This document shows positions 13,001 to 23,600 of a stretch of 64,000 nt of DNA, in pieces. Source of the DNA: Oopsacas minuta (Eukaryota > Animalia > Porifera); contig JAKMXF010000233.1 of NCBI GenBank assembly GCA_024704765.1, positions 558,001-622,000 of the forward strand, in the 5' to 3' direction. The position numbers and the translations under genes were made by a program. Position 1 is the first letter of the stretch. Every line of letters starts with the position of its first letter. The notes beneath the pieces were generated by a model. The model had not been told where the DNA came from. It saw only the letters and a list, made by a program, of their open reading frames with translations, and did no database searches.

Positions 13001-13621
13001 ATGATTATACAACTAATACATAAAGTTGTATAAGTGGCAGGATATGTGACATATTTCACACCTTTTTAGGTGAATAATAAACAAACTTTAGAACTCAAAG
13101 GCTGTTGGCTGTAGGAATATAATTTATATTTCAACTTACTTGTGTTCATTGTCTATTGTTGTTCCTTCCACATTAAGAACAGCTATATCTGTATCATCCT
13201 CAACTTCCTATCAATAAACAAATAAACAAATAAACAAATAAAACTGAATCTTGGACCAGTTAATCGGGTCAATTAGAGAAACAATTAGTCCAAAGGTGTT
13301 AAAAGCTCCTCTAAATTGGGCCAAAGGGGTCAAGCACCCTGATCCAGGAGTGACCCAATTTCGGGGTGTTAAGTGACTTACTTTGGCGCCTATAAATGAT
13401 AATTTGGAACTAATATAAGGGTCCAGTGCAAAATGGAACGCTTGTGGTGAGTGAATACCCTCATTAGTAAGTTTTATTGTAGAAGTTATTTGTGCGAGAT
13501 GACTAGTCAAATCCACAAACACGTCTATATCCACATTCTTGATATCAGAATCTAGAGTATCGGTTGCTAAGGAGAGCTTGACAACCATGAAGACGTAGAG
13601 GAATGTGATAAGTAACCGCAT
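10095..13621 (-). CDS. RPN1: Ribophorin I (oligosaccharyltransferase subunit), about 9 exons
   Basis: Signal peptide then [10 protein letters not shown]; [74 protein letters not shown]; last exon 10265-10095 ends ...MLLSVL*. Confidence 0.95.
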
Positions 13622-13727
13622 GGCTTATTGCTAGAGAAAACAACAAAAAGACTTTTAAGGTAGAAAACGAAATAATTCTGGCAAAATGTGATAAGGAAAT
13701 AAATATGAAAACGTCAACAACAACAAA

Positions 13728-14774
13728 TTAAGCAATTACAGAATGTGGCCTTGAGAACGGGGTATTTGTTTGGAATGCATTTCCTTTCAAAGAATTGTGT
13801 TGAGTAACTCGAAAGGTGTCAAAAGTTGGTTTCATAGCATTGGAGAGGCCAAATCTGCGAATGCCGGTGCGTCCAATTAGATTCTTTCGTTTGTTGTCAC
13901 CTTGTGGTAGAGAGGGTAGAGGGATTATTAATTTAATTTGTCGAGGGTAATCGGAACTAACTTTAGGTTCCTGTTCCATTTTAAGATCAATTTTATTCAG
14001 ATTCAAACTTTGTAAAGTTTCACTTTTCGGAATTTTCGATTTTGGCGGTGAATTAATTTGTTCCTTCTTGGTGATGTTATCTAACGTTTGGAATGTCTTT
14101 TGTGGCGCCTTTTGGTCAGAATTTTCTGTCTCTTCATTTGTCTTGAATTCTTTCTTATGACCGATTAGTACAAAATCCATGGTCCGTCTGTTTGCTTGTT
14201 TTCCTAGGAGATTTTCAGGTCGTATAGAGCGTAGAGAATGTTCTTGAAGTTGGTACTCCTTAGTAACGTCAGGAATGAACCGATAAGAATCTATGCTTGG
14301 TTCTGGTTCCGGTTTGTGAATAATATTAGGTGTTCTATTTTTGGAACGTGGTGAATAATTGACTGGGTTGCCCTTTAAGCCTAAATCCAATTTTGGGCGG
14401 GGTTTCTCTTCAAAATAAATTTCTATTGGTTCATCTGCCCATTCACTACATTCCGATATGATAGATCGGTAGCCAAGGAGACAGTCCTCTCCAAAATATG
14501 TGTTTTCGAAGGCTGGAGTGTTGAGAGGAATTTGTTGTCGAAAAAGTGCCGATTGTGGCCGGTTTTGTCCGTTCAAATTTTTCTTTGAACTGGTTGCCAT
14601 GGGCAACGGAGTAGGCGGACAGGAATGTGAGGATTTTATTTTGATATTAGTATGTATTGACGGTGCAACTAATAATGGCAGTAATCCGCCACATATCAAC
14701 CGTGGTTGGTAGTTGGAATGTTTATAGTCTATTCGTGGTGATTCTGTGTGAAATGATATGTTGCATGATCTCAT
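13728..14774 (-). CDS. Uncharacterised single-exon protein (about 290-348 aa; start either 14774 or MATSS at about 14600)
   Basis: Stop-free 1 kb ORF in AT-rich DNA, low-complexity K/P/E/S composition; no family recognised. Confidence 0.6.
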   Translation of the reverse strand: MRSCNISFHTESPRIDYKHSNYQPRLICGGLLPLLVAPSIHTNIKIKSSHSCPPTPLPMATSSKKNLNGQNRPQSALFRQQIPLNTPAFENTYFGEDCLLGYRSIISECSEWADEPIEIYFEEKPRPKLDLGLKGNPVNYSPRSKNRTPNIIHKPEPEPSIDSYRFIPDVTKEYQLQEHSLRSIRPENLLGKQANRRTMDFVLIGHKKEFKTNEETENSDQKAPQKTFQTLDNITKKEQINSPPKSKIPKSETLQSLNLNKIDLKMEQEPKVSSDYPRQIKLIIPLPSLPQGDNKRKNLIGRTGIRRFGLSNAMKPTFDTFRVTQHNSLKGNAFQTNTPFSRPHSVIA

Positions 14775-15430
14775 TTGTTTGCTTTTAGAAACATAAACAA
14801 ATGATAAGTAATTATGATAGGCTCAACATATTCTTAACTAGTAGAGGGTATATTGGATTGGTCCTGTTGTCCAATTGGACGACACTAAAGTTGCATAGAT
14901 GTAAAGTCTTCAAGTGAGCCCCACATATTCGAACACAATAACATTAGCAATTCTCCTTGGATTTCTCGTTTTCTCCCATAATACAACGGAAAATATCAAG
15001 AAGTATTGCAAAAATAGCAAATCTCCCCTAGAATTTCAAAGATCTCCCTTCCCTCCTGGTAAGAAGTACAAGTCCTTTACAACATGCCTAATATTTGTTA
15101 TTCTTGATTTAGCGCGTATATTTCACGCGCCAGAAAACATTCCTTATGATAGCGCCTTCAGCCAAAGAATGACACAAAAGCGCGCTTTAATTCGAACTAA
15201 TAAGTTATCCAATCAGAATCGTATATTCACGGAAGAATCATTACATAGTTTTTCCATCAAACACAACAACAAACAAATATTATCTATGAATTTGTTTATT
15301 ATTAGAAACCATTCTAAAAGGCATCTGTTTTATAAAGTGGCATGGATTCCAGCCAATTTGTAGGCCATCTCATTCAGTTGTTTATAATAGGTTGAGTGGC
15401 AGATTAATAAATTTGAATAAAGTGCTAAAA

Positions 15431-16834
15431 ATGGATAATTCAAAAGATGATCTGTTTACAGATGTTGTAGATGAATTGATGCTAATCAGTATAAACGGTG
15501 AATACTCAGGATATAAAACACATTATTTCAATTTTGAGAATTCAAGAGCTAGTCTCTCGCAATTATTCATTTGCCTAATTTGTAGCGGAGTGTTTGTTGA
15601 CCCTCTCCAAATCCACGACTGTGGTCATATTTTTTGTAAATCCTGTATCGACAAACTTGAAGTGTGTCCGTTGGACAAAACGATCATTCAGAAAGAAACG
15701 CTGTATCGTGATAAATTTATCGAAGCGAAAATCAACGAAATGGAAATAAAGTGTCCGCTCTACTCAAGGGGGTGCACTTGGATTGGACCATTGGTCTCCG
15801 GGAGGGAACATCTTGAGACCTGTGGGTTTGTGAATGTGAAATGCCGGCTAGGATGCGAAAAGATTATGATGCGTAAAATACTAGACAACCATGAAATCGA
15901 AGATTGTGGATTTTTCAAAATTATTTGTGAGTTTTGTAAGGAATCTTGCAAGCGGATTCATATGGAAGAGCACCGGTCACTGAACTGTACTAATTTCCCG
16001 ATAAAGTGTCCGAACGCCTGCCACGTGGATGCGATAGCACGTAGTCAAATACCGACACATTTAGAAGAGGAATGTCCACTTAGTCTGGTGAGGTGTTGCT
16101 ATGAGGGTTTAGGGTGTCAGGCTCTTGTTGAAAGGCAAAATGTGAGGGATCATATGCAGAACGATCAAATGCTCCATCTCCAATTGGTGACGGACAAAGT
16201 GAGAGTTTTGACCACAGTTGTCGAGAAGATGACAGGAGAGAACGACAAGTTGTCCGAAACAGTAGCACACTTGGACGCTAATCTAGAGGAAGCGAATGCT
16301 TTAATGACTTCACAGAAAAATACCCTTGAGAAACGTCTACTACCAGAGGATACGATCGCAGTGAACGGACGGTTCGTCTGGAAAATTACAAATGTCAAAG
16401 AGAAAATCAAGAAAAATATTATTCTATTCAGCAAACCATTCTACACGAGTACGAAAGGGTATAAATTTTGCATACAGATGTATATGAATGGAAATTCAGG
16501 CGGGAAGAGCAACCACGTGTCCGTCTATCTATATCTCCAGAGGGGGAACTACGATTCGGACCTAGAGTGGCCCTTTAGAGGAACTGTGAAGTTCACATTG
16601 TTGAACCAAAACTCTGATTCAGACCATTATATTGTTAGCTCGTTCAATACAGAGGAAAACGAGAAAAAGTTCATGTCTAGCGAACAGGGGATCAATAATT
16701 CGGGTTACGGGTACCCAAAATTCATCAGTCATTCCAAACTATTGACTGAAAAGAGTAAATATTATAAAGATAATTGTTTGTATATAAAAATAGATATACA
16801 ACCAAAATATCTGCTTCATCACTTCGTTAGTTAA
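15431..16834 (+). CDS. TRAF family protein (RING, TRAF zinc fingers, coiled coil, MATH), single exon
   Basis: CLICSGVFVDP..CGHIFCKSCI..CPLD RING; CPLYSRGCTWIG..HLETC fingers; FVWKI, FYTSTKGYKFC, HVSVYL, LEWPFRGTVKFTLLNQ, GYPKFISH MATH motifs. Confidence 0.93.
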   Translation: MDNSKDDLFTDVVDELMLISINGEYSGYKTHYFNFENSRASLSQLFICLICSGVFVDPLQIHDCGHIFCKSCIDKLEVCPLDKTIIQKETLYRDKFIEAKINEMEIKCPLYSRGCTWIGPLVSGREHLETCGFVNVKCRLGCEKIMMRKILDNHEIEDCGFFKIICEFCKESCKRIHMEEHRSLNCTNFPIKCPNACHVDAIARSQIPTHLEEECPLSLVRCCYEGLGCQALVERQNVRDHMQNDQMLHLQLVTDKVRVLTTVVEKMTGENDKLSETVAHLDANLEEANALMTSQKNTLEKRLLPEDTIAVNGRFVWKITNVKEKIKKNIILFSKPFYTSTKGYKFCIQMYMNGNSGGKSNHVSVYLYLQRGNYDSDLEWPFRGTVKFTLLNQNSDSDHYIVSSFNTEENEKKFMSSEQGINNSGYGYPKFISHSKLLTEKSKYYKDNCLYIKIDIQPKYLLHHFVS

Positions 16835-17686
16835 TTTGTTTGTTTATTGGTATTTATCTTTTCGTGATAATTGAATTGTTTCCCCAAATTTGTATTCGTA
16901 AATATATTATTATTATATTGTGTATTAGAATTGTTGTTTTTATAATTATAAAGTAAATAAACGTGTTAATAATAGATGGAACAAACAAACAAACAAACAA
17001 GAAGTGATTTTAATTGACAATAGCTCAGGAATTTGTCAACAATTAAACTCAATTAAAATAGACAGCGGACACATTTTTGTCACCTATTATCACTATTTGT
17101 TTATCAATAAAACAAAGAAAACAACAAATAACAAAATTTATTAATTATCAAACAGCTGGGAGATAAAATATTCGAATTCAAAAGGAGACAGCTGGGAATA
17201 TTTAAAAGTGTATTCATAACTGGAACTAACTGTAAATGTCATTATATGGAAATTGGAGAGGTTTGTATTTACAGCAAATAATATCAAATTCTTCTTGGAA
17301 ACGTTCCGTAAACTTTGGAATGTTCCAAATACTTAAATTTCCTAAAAAACTCACTTCGAGACATATTTGGGCAAAAAATATTTTTAAAATGAACCCGCGT
17401 GTATTTAGAAAATCCCGGTTTCCGCGCCTAAATTCTTCTGTAATATATGATATAATTATTTGCGCGCCTAAACATATATTGAAATTACGCGCCAGGATTT
17501 ACCCTCCAAACATATATTAATCATATATGGCGCAATAAAGATGACTTAATCCTCAATAACAGGCTTCTAACACAAAAAGTATGCATGAAATTAGCCAATG
17601 AATTCGGAGAGAAATTGAATTTTGGCTGGTGGCTCATTAGGCTTATAATACGCACATTTTGATTGGTTGCAATCACAGTTATAATT

Positions 17687-20600
17687 ATGAAATTATTGGG
17701 TATAATTATTGTGCTATTTTTAGTAACAGAAGGTTAGTTGTAGTGAAATCGACACTCTTGGCGAGTAATAGGTGTTAGGTTGATTAATCATATACCATAT
17801 AGGCCTGTCTCAAACAGTTGGATGGGGGAAGTGGTCAGAATGGAGTCAATGTACAGGGTGTGATGGGACTGAAAATATTACCGCACAATGCACAGTGGTT
17901 GGAGGCACTGGATGTTCCTTAGGGTCTAGAAGGTGGAGGACAAGAGGCTGTGGTGGAGCATGTCCAGGTAGATCAGATGTATCCCTTATTTATACACCAG
18001 GGTACAGTTTCTCACACCTGTGGTCTTATGACCAAAACTTGGACACAGAGATAATTATGTCATTTTTTGGTCAAGTTGATCCTCTATGGCCAAACTGGAA
18101 CCAACAAGTTAACCCGAGCGTGGTTATGATACAAAAAATTATACAAACTGTGGTTATGTCATATCCAGAATTATTGATATATATCATGTTACTACAGATG
18201 TCACTATTGTACGCAAATATTTCAGAACGGCCGCACGAACCCAAGAAGTTTCCAATTGACATGAAAATTGGTCAAAGGGTGCATTTTTGTGCTGTAGGTG
18301 AACACCTGTATTCTGAGAACCAATAGTTGCATATTTTGACACCTTTTAAGCGCTTAATGTTTGACCAATGTGATTGTAAGGTACAGAATGTTTGTTTACA
18401 TAAGTAGCTAATTAATATAAAGTCTTCAAAGTGCTTCTTTGAAGATCTATAGTTCCAATTGGAACTAAGAACCCATTTCCTAGCAGAAACCACTTTTAGG
18501 TGAAGGCATAATGTAATTGTTTATGAAGGTGTTTATTGTTTGATCTTTTATTAGTTTGTACGAATAATGTGGTGGAAGATGGTGAGGAATGTGATTGTGG
18601 CAGACAAGAGGTAACCCCCCCTGTTAATGATAAATTAGTTACAGTTCCACATGATTTCTAAATTGTCTCATTTTTAGACCTGTGAGGACAATTGTTGTGA
18701 TGCATCAAGGTGTAAATGGAAAAGTGGCATTGAATGCCACTCTGGAGAATGTTGTGACAGAACAACATGTCAAGTAAGACACCCTTAACTTCAAATGATA
18801 GTATGTTTATAATGGTGTATTTTAGTATAGATCAGCTGTTAATATATGCAGAGAAGGTGTTGATGAGTGTGATTATAACGAATACTGTACAGGGACTTCA
18901 GAAAATGTGAGAAAACAGTGTAACCTCGTATTAACGAAGTTACACTTTAGTTCCATATTGTAACACCTCTGAATAATATAGGGACACTCTTAATAGCCTA
19001 ATTTTGTTTACTAGTGTCCTTATGATGTTTACAAAACAAATAAGACAAGCTGTAACAACAATGAGGTTTGTATGTTGTATGTTATAGCCAATCAGATGAG
19101 ATAGTTATTATTAATAGTTTTAGAATTATTGCTTCAATGGAAGGTGTCAGAATAGTGATACATTATGTCAATATCTTTATGGAGAAGGTAAGAAAATAAC
19201 AATAAATAATTACACAAACAAACAAGTAAATACACAAACAAACAAACAAACAATTACACATATATTAGATGCAATGGATGGATCTTCAGACTGCTATGAC
19301 TATAATAGAGGAGGCAATTTGTATGGAAACTGCGGGGAGACAGGACCTCTAGGGGGCAAGATATACAGCCCCTGTGATAGAGAGTAAGCCACATCATATA
19401 TACATATCTGTACCAGGGGTTAATCATATTTTCACACCTTTTATGGGTATATCACAAATGACAATTATGTTCCAACAGGGAAATCGTGTGAAAATCGATT
19501 GACAATTTTGTCTTGGGATAAATGCATGCATTCCTGAGTATATTATGCGTTGCTAGGGACGTGAGATGTGGTGTATTACAGTGTATCAATGCAGATGATT
19601 TACTTCACATTCCAGAATACAGTTACGTTAGCAACAGATGGATTAGAATAACTACAGAGGAATTCACCACAATTGTCTGCAGGTATTTAATGTATTAGTG
19701 GACTATGGATAATAATCAAAATTGATAGAACAGGGTAGAATACACTCTTTTGGCGGTATTTAAATTACTTCACACCAATAATTATCAACCTGTTAAGATA
19801 ATATCCAGAGGTTTAGTTGCCTGAATTTCCAGGTTTTACATTCATAAGTACCAATTTCTGGCTAGAAATTCGGGCCAAATTATTGTTGTTGATGTGTATA
19901 ATTGCTGTATTTACTTACCTAACACCTAATTAAACTATATCCATGGTTCAGTAACACATTAAAAATACACTAATTAATACACGTAATATATATGTTTGAT
20001 AAAAAGTGATATACGTTTTGAATTATTAAATCTATCTAAGGAATTATAGTTCAGTATCTATAGTTCCAGTTCCACTTGTGGTTCCAATTAGCTCAGCTAG
20101 GTTCTGGATAACTTCATGAGGAGGTGTAGTATAGGGGTGTGGATCGTTACATTCCTGCGTTTCCATGGTTACGATCTCATTCTCGTCTAGAGCTGTGGTT
20201 ACTATGTTGACACCTTTTAAATCATTGAAATGTTCCATGAAATCGGAACTATGAGTTGGTATTAGTTCCGTATCTGAATCGATTTCTGTGATCAACTTCT
20301 TAGTTCCAATTTGAACAGAATTTGAATCTGTTTCTACCTCAGCAACTGGATCGGAACTATGGAATGTTTGAGAAATTTCGTCATCACATTCTTCAATCAA
20401 AAATGGTCGTTTAGGTACTTTTGACGCGCTTTTAGCATTTGATTGGTCAAAATCAAACATAAGTGGATTGTTTGGCGCCAAATTGGAACTATTGTCGCCA
20501 AAAATAGAACAATTTGGTTTGCAAGTTTGTGTCAAATCAATTTCTTCGATTGAATTTTCAGATGGCAATTCTGTGATTAGAAAGGGCTCAGATGTGTCGG

Positions 20601-23600
20601 GAAGTGGATCAGGTGGCACAACGTGGTACTCAGTGTTATCACCTATTGGATTGTTTAAGGACAAAACACGTGGGGTTTCCTGACATTCCATTTCACCATT
20701 TGTATCACTATCGTTGTCACTAATATCGCCGTTATCAGATTGGGTAGTTCCCTGGATACAAATATTCCGCGCACGAATGTTCCTTAGCGCGTCAACACTC
20801 GCTAAAATCCTATCTTGTTCCATCTTGGCCCATTTTTTCCGGTCCTCTTGTTCCGCTTTCAAGCCCCCCCTCTGCCAAGCGAGGGCTGCGGAACGGTCCT
20901 TATCGAAAACGGGGCGATCGTCCAAATACTTCAAACTCGAAATAGCGCAAATCATATTTTTCCGATAATATTTTATTTTATTTATGAATGGATTTCCTTG
21001 GACAGTTAAGACCCCTAATCTCGGCATCTGACTGAATATATCGACAACACTGGGGTCATCTATCCGGTTATGCTGTAGGTCAAGTATACCTATGTTCACA
21101 CATAGTTTCAGTTCCATAATATCATCAGCTGATTTGAAATAATTATGGGATAGCTGGAGAGTATGTAGTTTTGAAAGGACAGATAAATTTTGTATTTTTG
21201 TGAGGGAATTATTGGCGAGATTAAGAGTGTCGAGCTCAGTTAACTTCTCCAAATTTTCGATTTCTTCAATTAAATTTTGCTGTAAATACAAACATTTTAG
21301 GCCTGTAAGGTTACACAAATTTTCTATTTTGGATATTCCATTGCTTTCGAGCCATAAACACTTCAATCCGGTATATTCATCCAAATTCTCTATTTTTGAA
21401 AAACCTTGGAAATGCAGGTATAATATGTCGTTGAGTTCAGGTGTTAAGTATTGTTCATGTTTCTTACAAATGGCGCGTAGCGATTTTTTGGTCATTTTAG
21501 GATAATTTTCTTCTTTCGTAGTAGACAACATTTCTCGAATATTTGTTGTTTATTTGTTGTTTACAGGAGTGTTTATGCTATAAACAGAATAACAGATGAT
21601 ATTGTTGGTTATGCAAATGATGGAACAATTTGTGGCAACGAAAAGGTATTTTTACTCAAATTGTGGCATGAATTGTGGCATGAATTGTGGCATGAATTGC
21701 CGCTCAAACTATTGACCATTAAAGTGGAATATTTTACACATTTTGCGTAATTCTGGTTGCTATGTTATAAATATTTGGCCAGGTTTGTCAACAAAAACGA
21801 TGTGTAAGTCTATCAAGCATTTCAACACCTGCTTGTCCAATTGGAACTAATGGAGAAGTTTGTTCCGGTCAAGGTTCTTGTAATCAGAATCAAGAATGTG
21901 TATGTGATACTAGATACAGTGGAACCACATGTGAAATCACAGGTCAGAAATATTCAGTCACCTCCTGTTATATATAGAAATATCCGCTTATATAGAAGTG
22001 TGAATTGTACAAATATGGTCCCAAACCGTCAAAGTAACATATGTTTTATCGGTTATATCGAATGATTATCACGGTCCCTCGAGCTAAGATATGACAGGTG
22101 TTAACTTAATAATATAATATACAGATATTCATGTGTGTAGCTATTGATGGTGCTTGGGGTGAATGGGAGAATTGGGGGACATGTTCCCAATCGTGTTTAA
22201 GTGGCACAAGGTCAAGATACAGAAATTGTGACAGTCCAACACCTTCCACTGGTGGCAGTTATTGTATCGGTTCTTATACTGAAAGTGGAACATGTGATGA
22301 AGGCTCTTGTCTGGAACCAGGTTAGTTAGTATTTCCAAAACTTATTTTGCCCTGTGCGGATCACAAACACTGGAATCTGATTGGTGAATAATACCCTTAT
22401 TGGCATAAACCCTCTAATATGATAGGTCAAGACATTTTTGGACCCCTATACCAATTCTAACACAAAATGTGGACCCTTCCCATAGAATGTAATACAAATT
22501 TTGAGATCCTGTCGGCCCCTACTGCCTCCTGTGGATCACCAAGGGGTACAAGGACCCCAGGTTGGTAACCACTAGCTCTGATATTAGAAAATCTGTCTAG
22601 CTGCAAATTCCAATATATTATCACGGGATAGAAATTTGAGTCATAATAAGGTTCTACTTTTAGTTAATGGTGGCTGGGGTGCATGGACCTCTTTCACACC
22701 TTGCTCTATGACATGTGGAGGAGGTAGCATGTTACTGTACAGATCATGTGACAGTCCAGAACCTCAGAATGGTGGAATAAATTGCGTAGGACAACCAAAC
22801 AAGGTGGACAACTGTAATACTCAAGATTGTCCGCCAATAGGTCAGTTTGTGGTTAATATACAAATGACATAATTTTTTGATATATATTAGATGGCGGATG
22901 GGGATTATGGGGGCTGTGGTCAGGTTGTACTCAGGAATGTGGAAATGGAACAAGAACTAGGAGTAGAGAATGTGATACACCAATACCTGCTAATGACGGG
23001 AATAATTGTATTGGAGATTATAGTAAAAGCGAGGATTGTAATACACATGAGTGTGCTGGTAAGTGTTTGTTTGTTTGTTTGTTTGTTTGTTTGTTTGTTT
23101 ATCTGTTTGTTTGTTTGTATATAGTACCAGTAGATGGTATGTGGGGGGAGTGGAATGATTGGTCAAGCTGTACAGCTACATGTGGGGATGGTACTATAAC
23201 AAGAAATAGAGAATGTAATAACCCAGCACCTAGTCATGGAGGTGTTGATTGTGTCGGAATGAATACATCAGTACAATCCTGCAATGAAAGGAATTGTCCA
23301 AGTAAGTTATGAAAAATCAATTTACAATATCAGAAAGGTGTGAAAATTCGCTAGAAACCATTCTAAACATACGTCACACAATTTAAGCGTGTCCTTATCA
23401 CCACAACTCCAAGTGGCGTCTGAACCTAACCTAATTTATCCCCAATAGTTAACGGTGGTTGGGGTACTTGGGGTGCCTGGGGGTCATGTTCCTCTATTTG
23501 TGGTACAAGTGATAGATACAGATACAGACAATGTGACACACCTGCACCACTTTATGAAGGTGACAATTGTGTCGGAGATGAGTATGAAGGTGAAACATGT

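Noticed and set aside
14914-15363. 149-aa plus-strand ORF upstream of TRAF
   Set aside because: Non-ATG start, no recognisable motif, and it lies in a divergent promoter region.
6113-16834. TRIM-caspase-TRAF as an immune gene cluster
   Set aside because: It is interrupted by RPN1 and an orphan gene; these families are typically large, so proximity alone is weak evidence.
17895-18493. ORFs that might be the missing ADAM metalloprotease domain
   Set aside because: No HExxH or Met-turn and no phase-compatible exon; the ORF start is just the TSP1 exon read through its donor.
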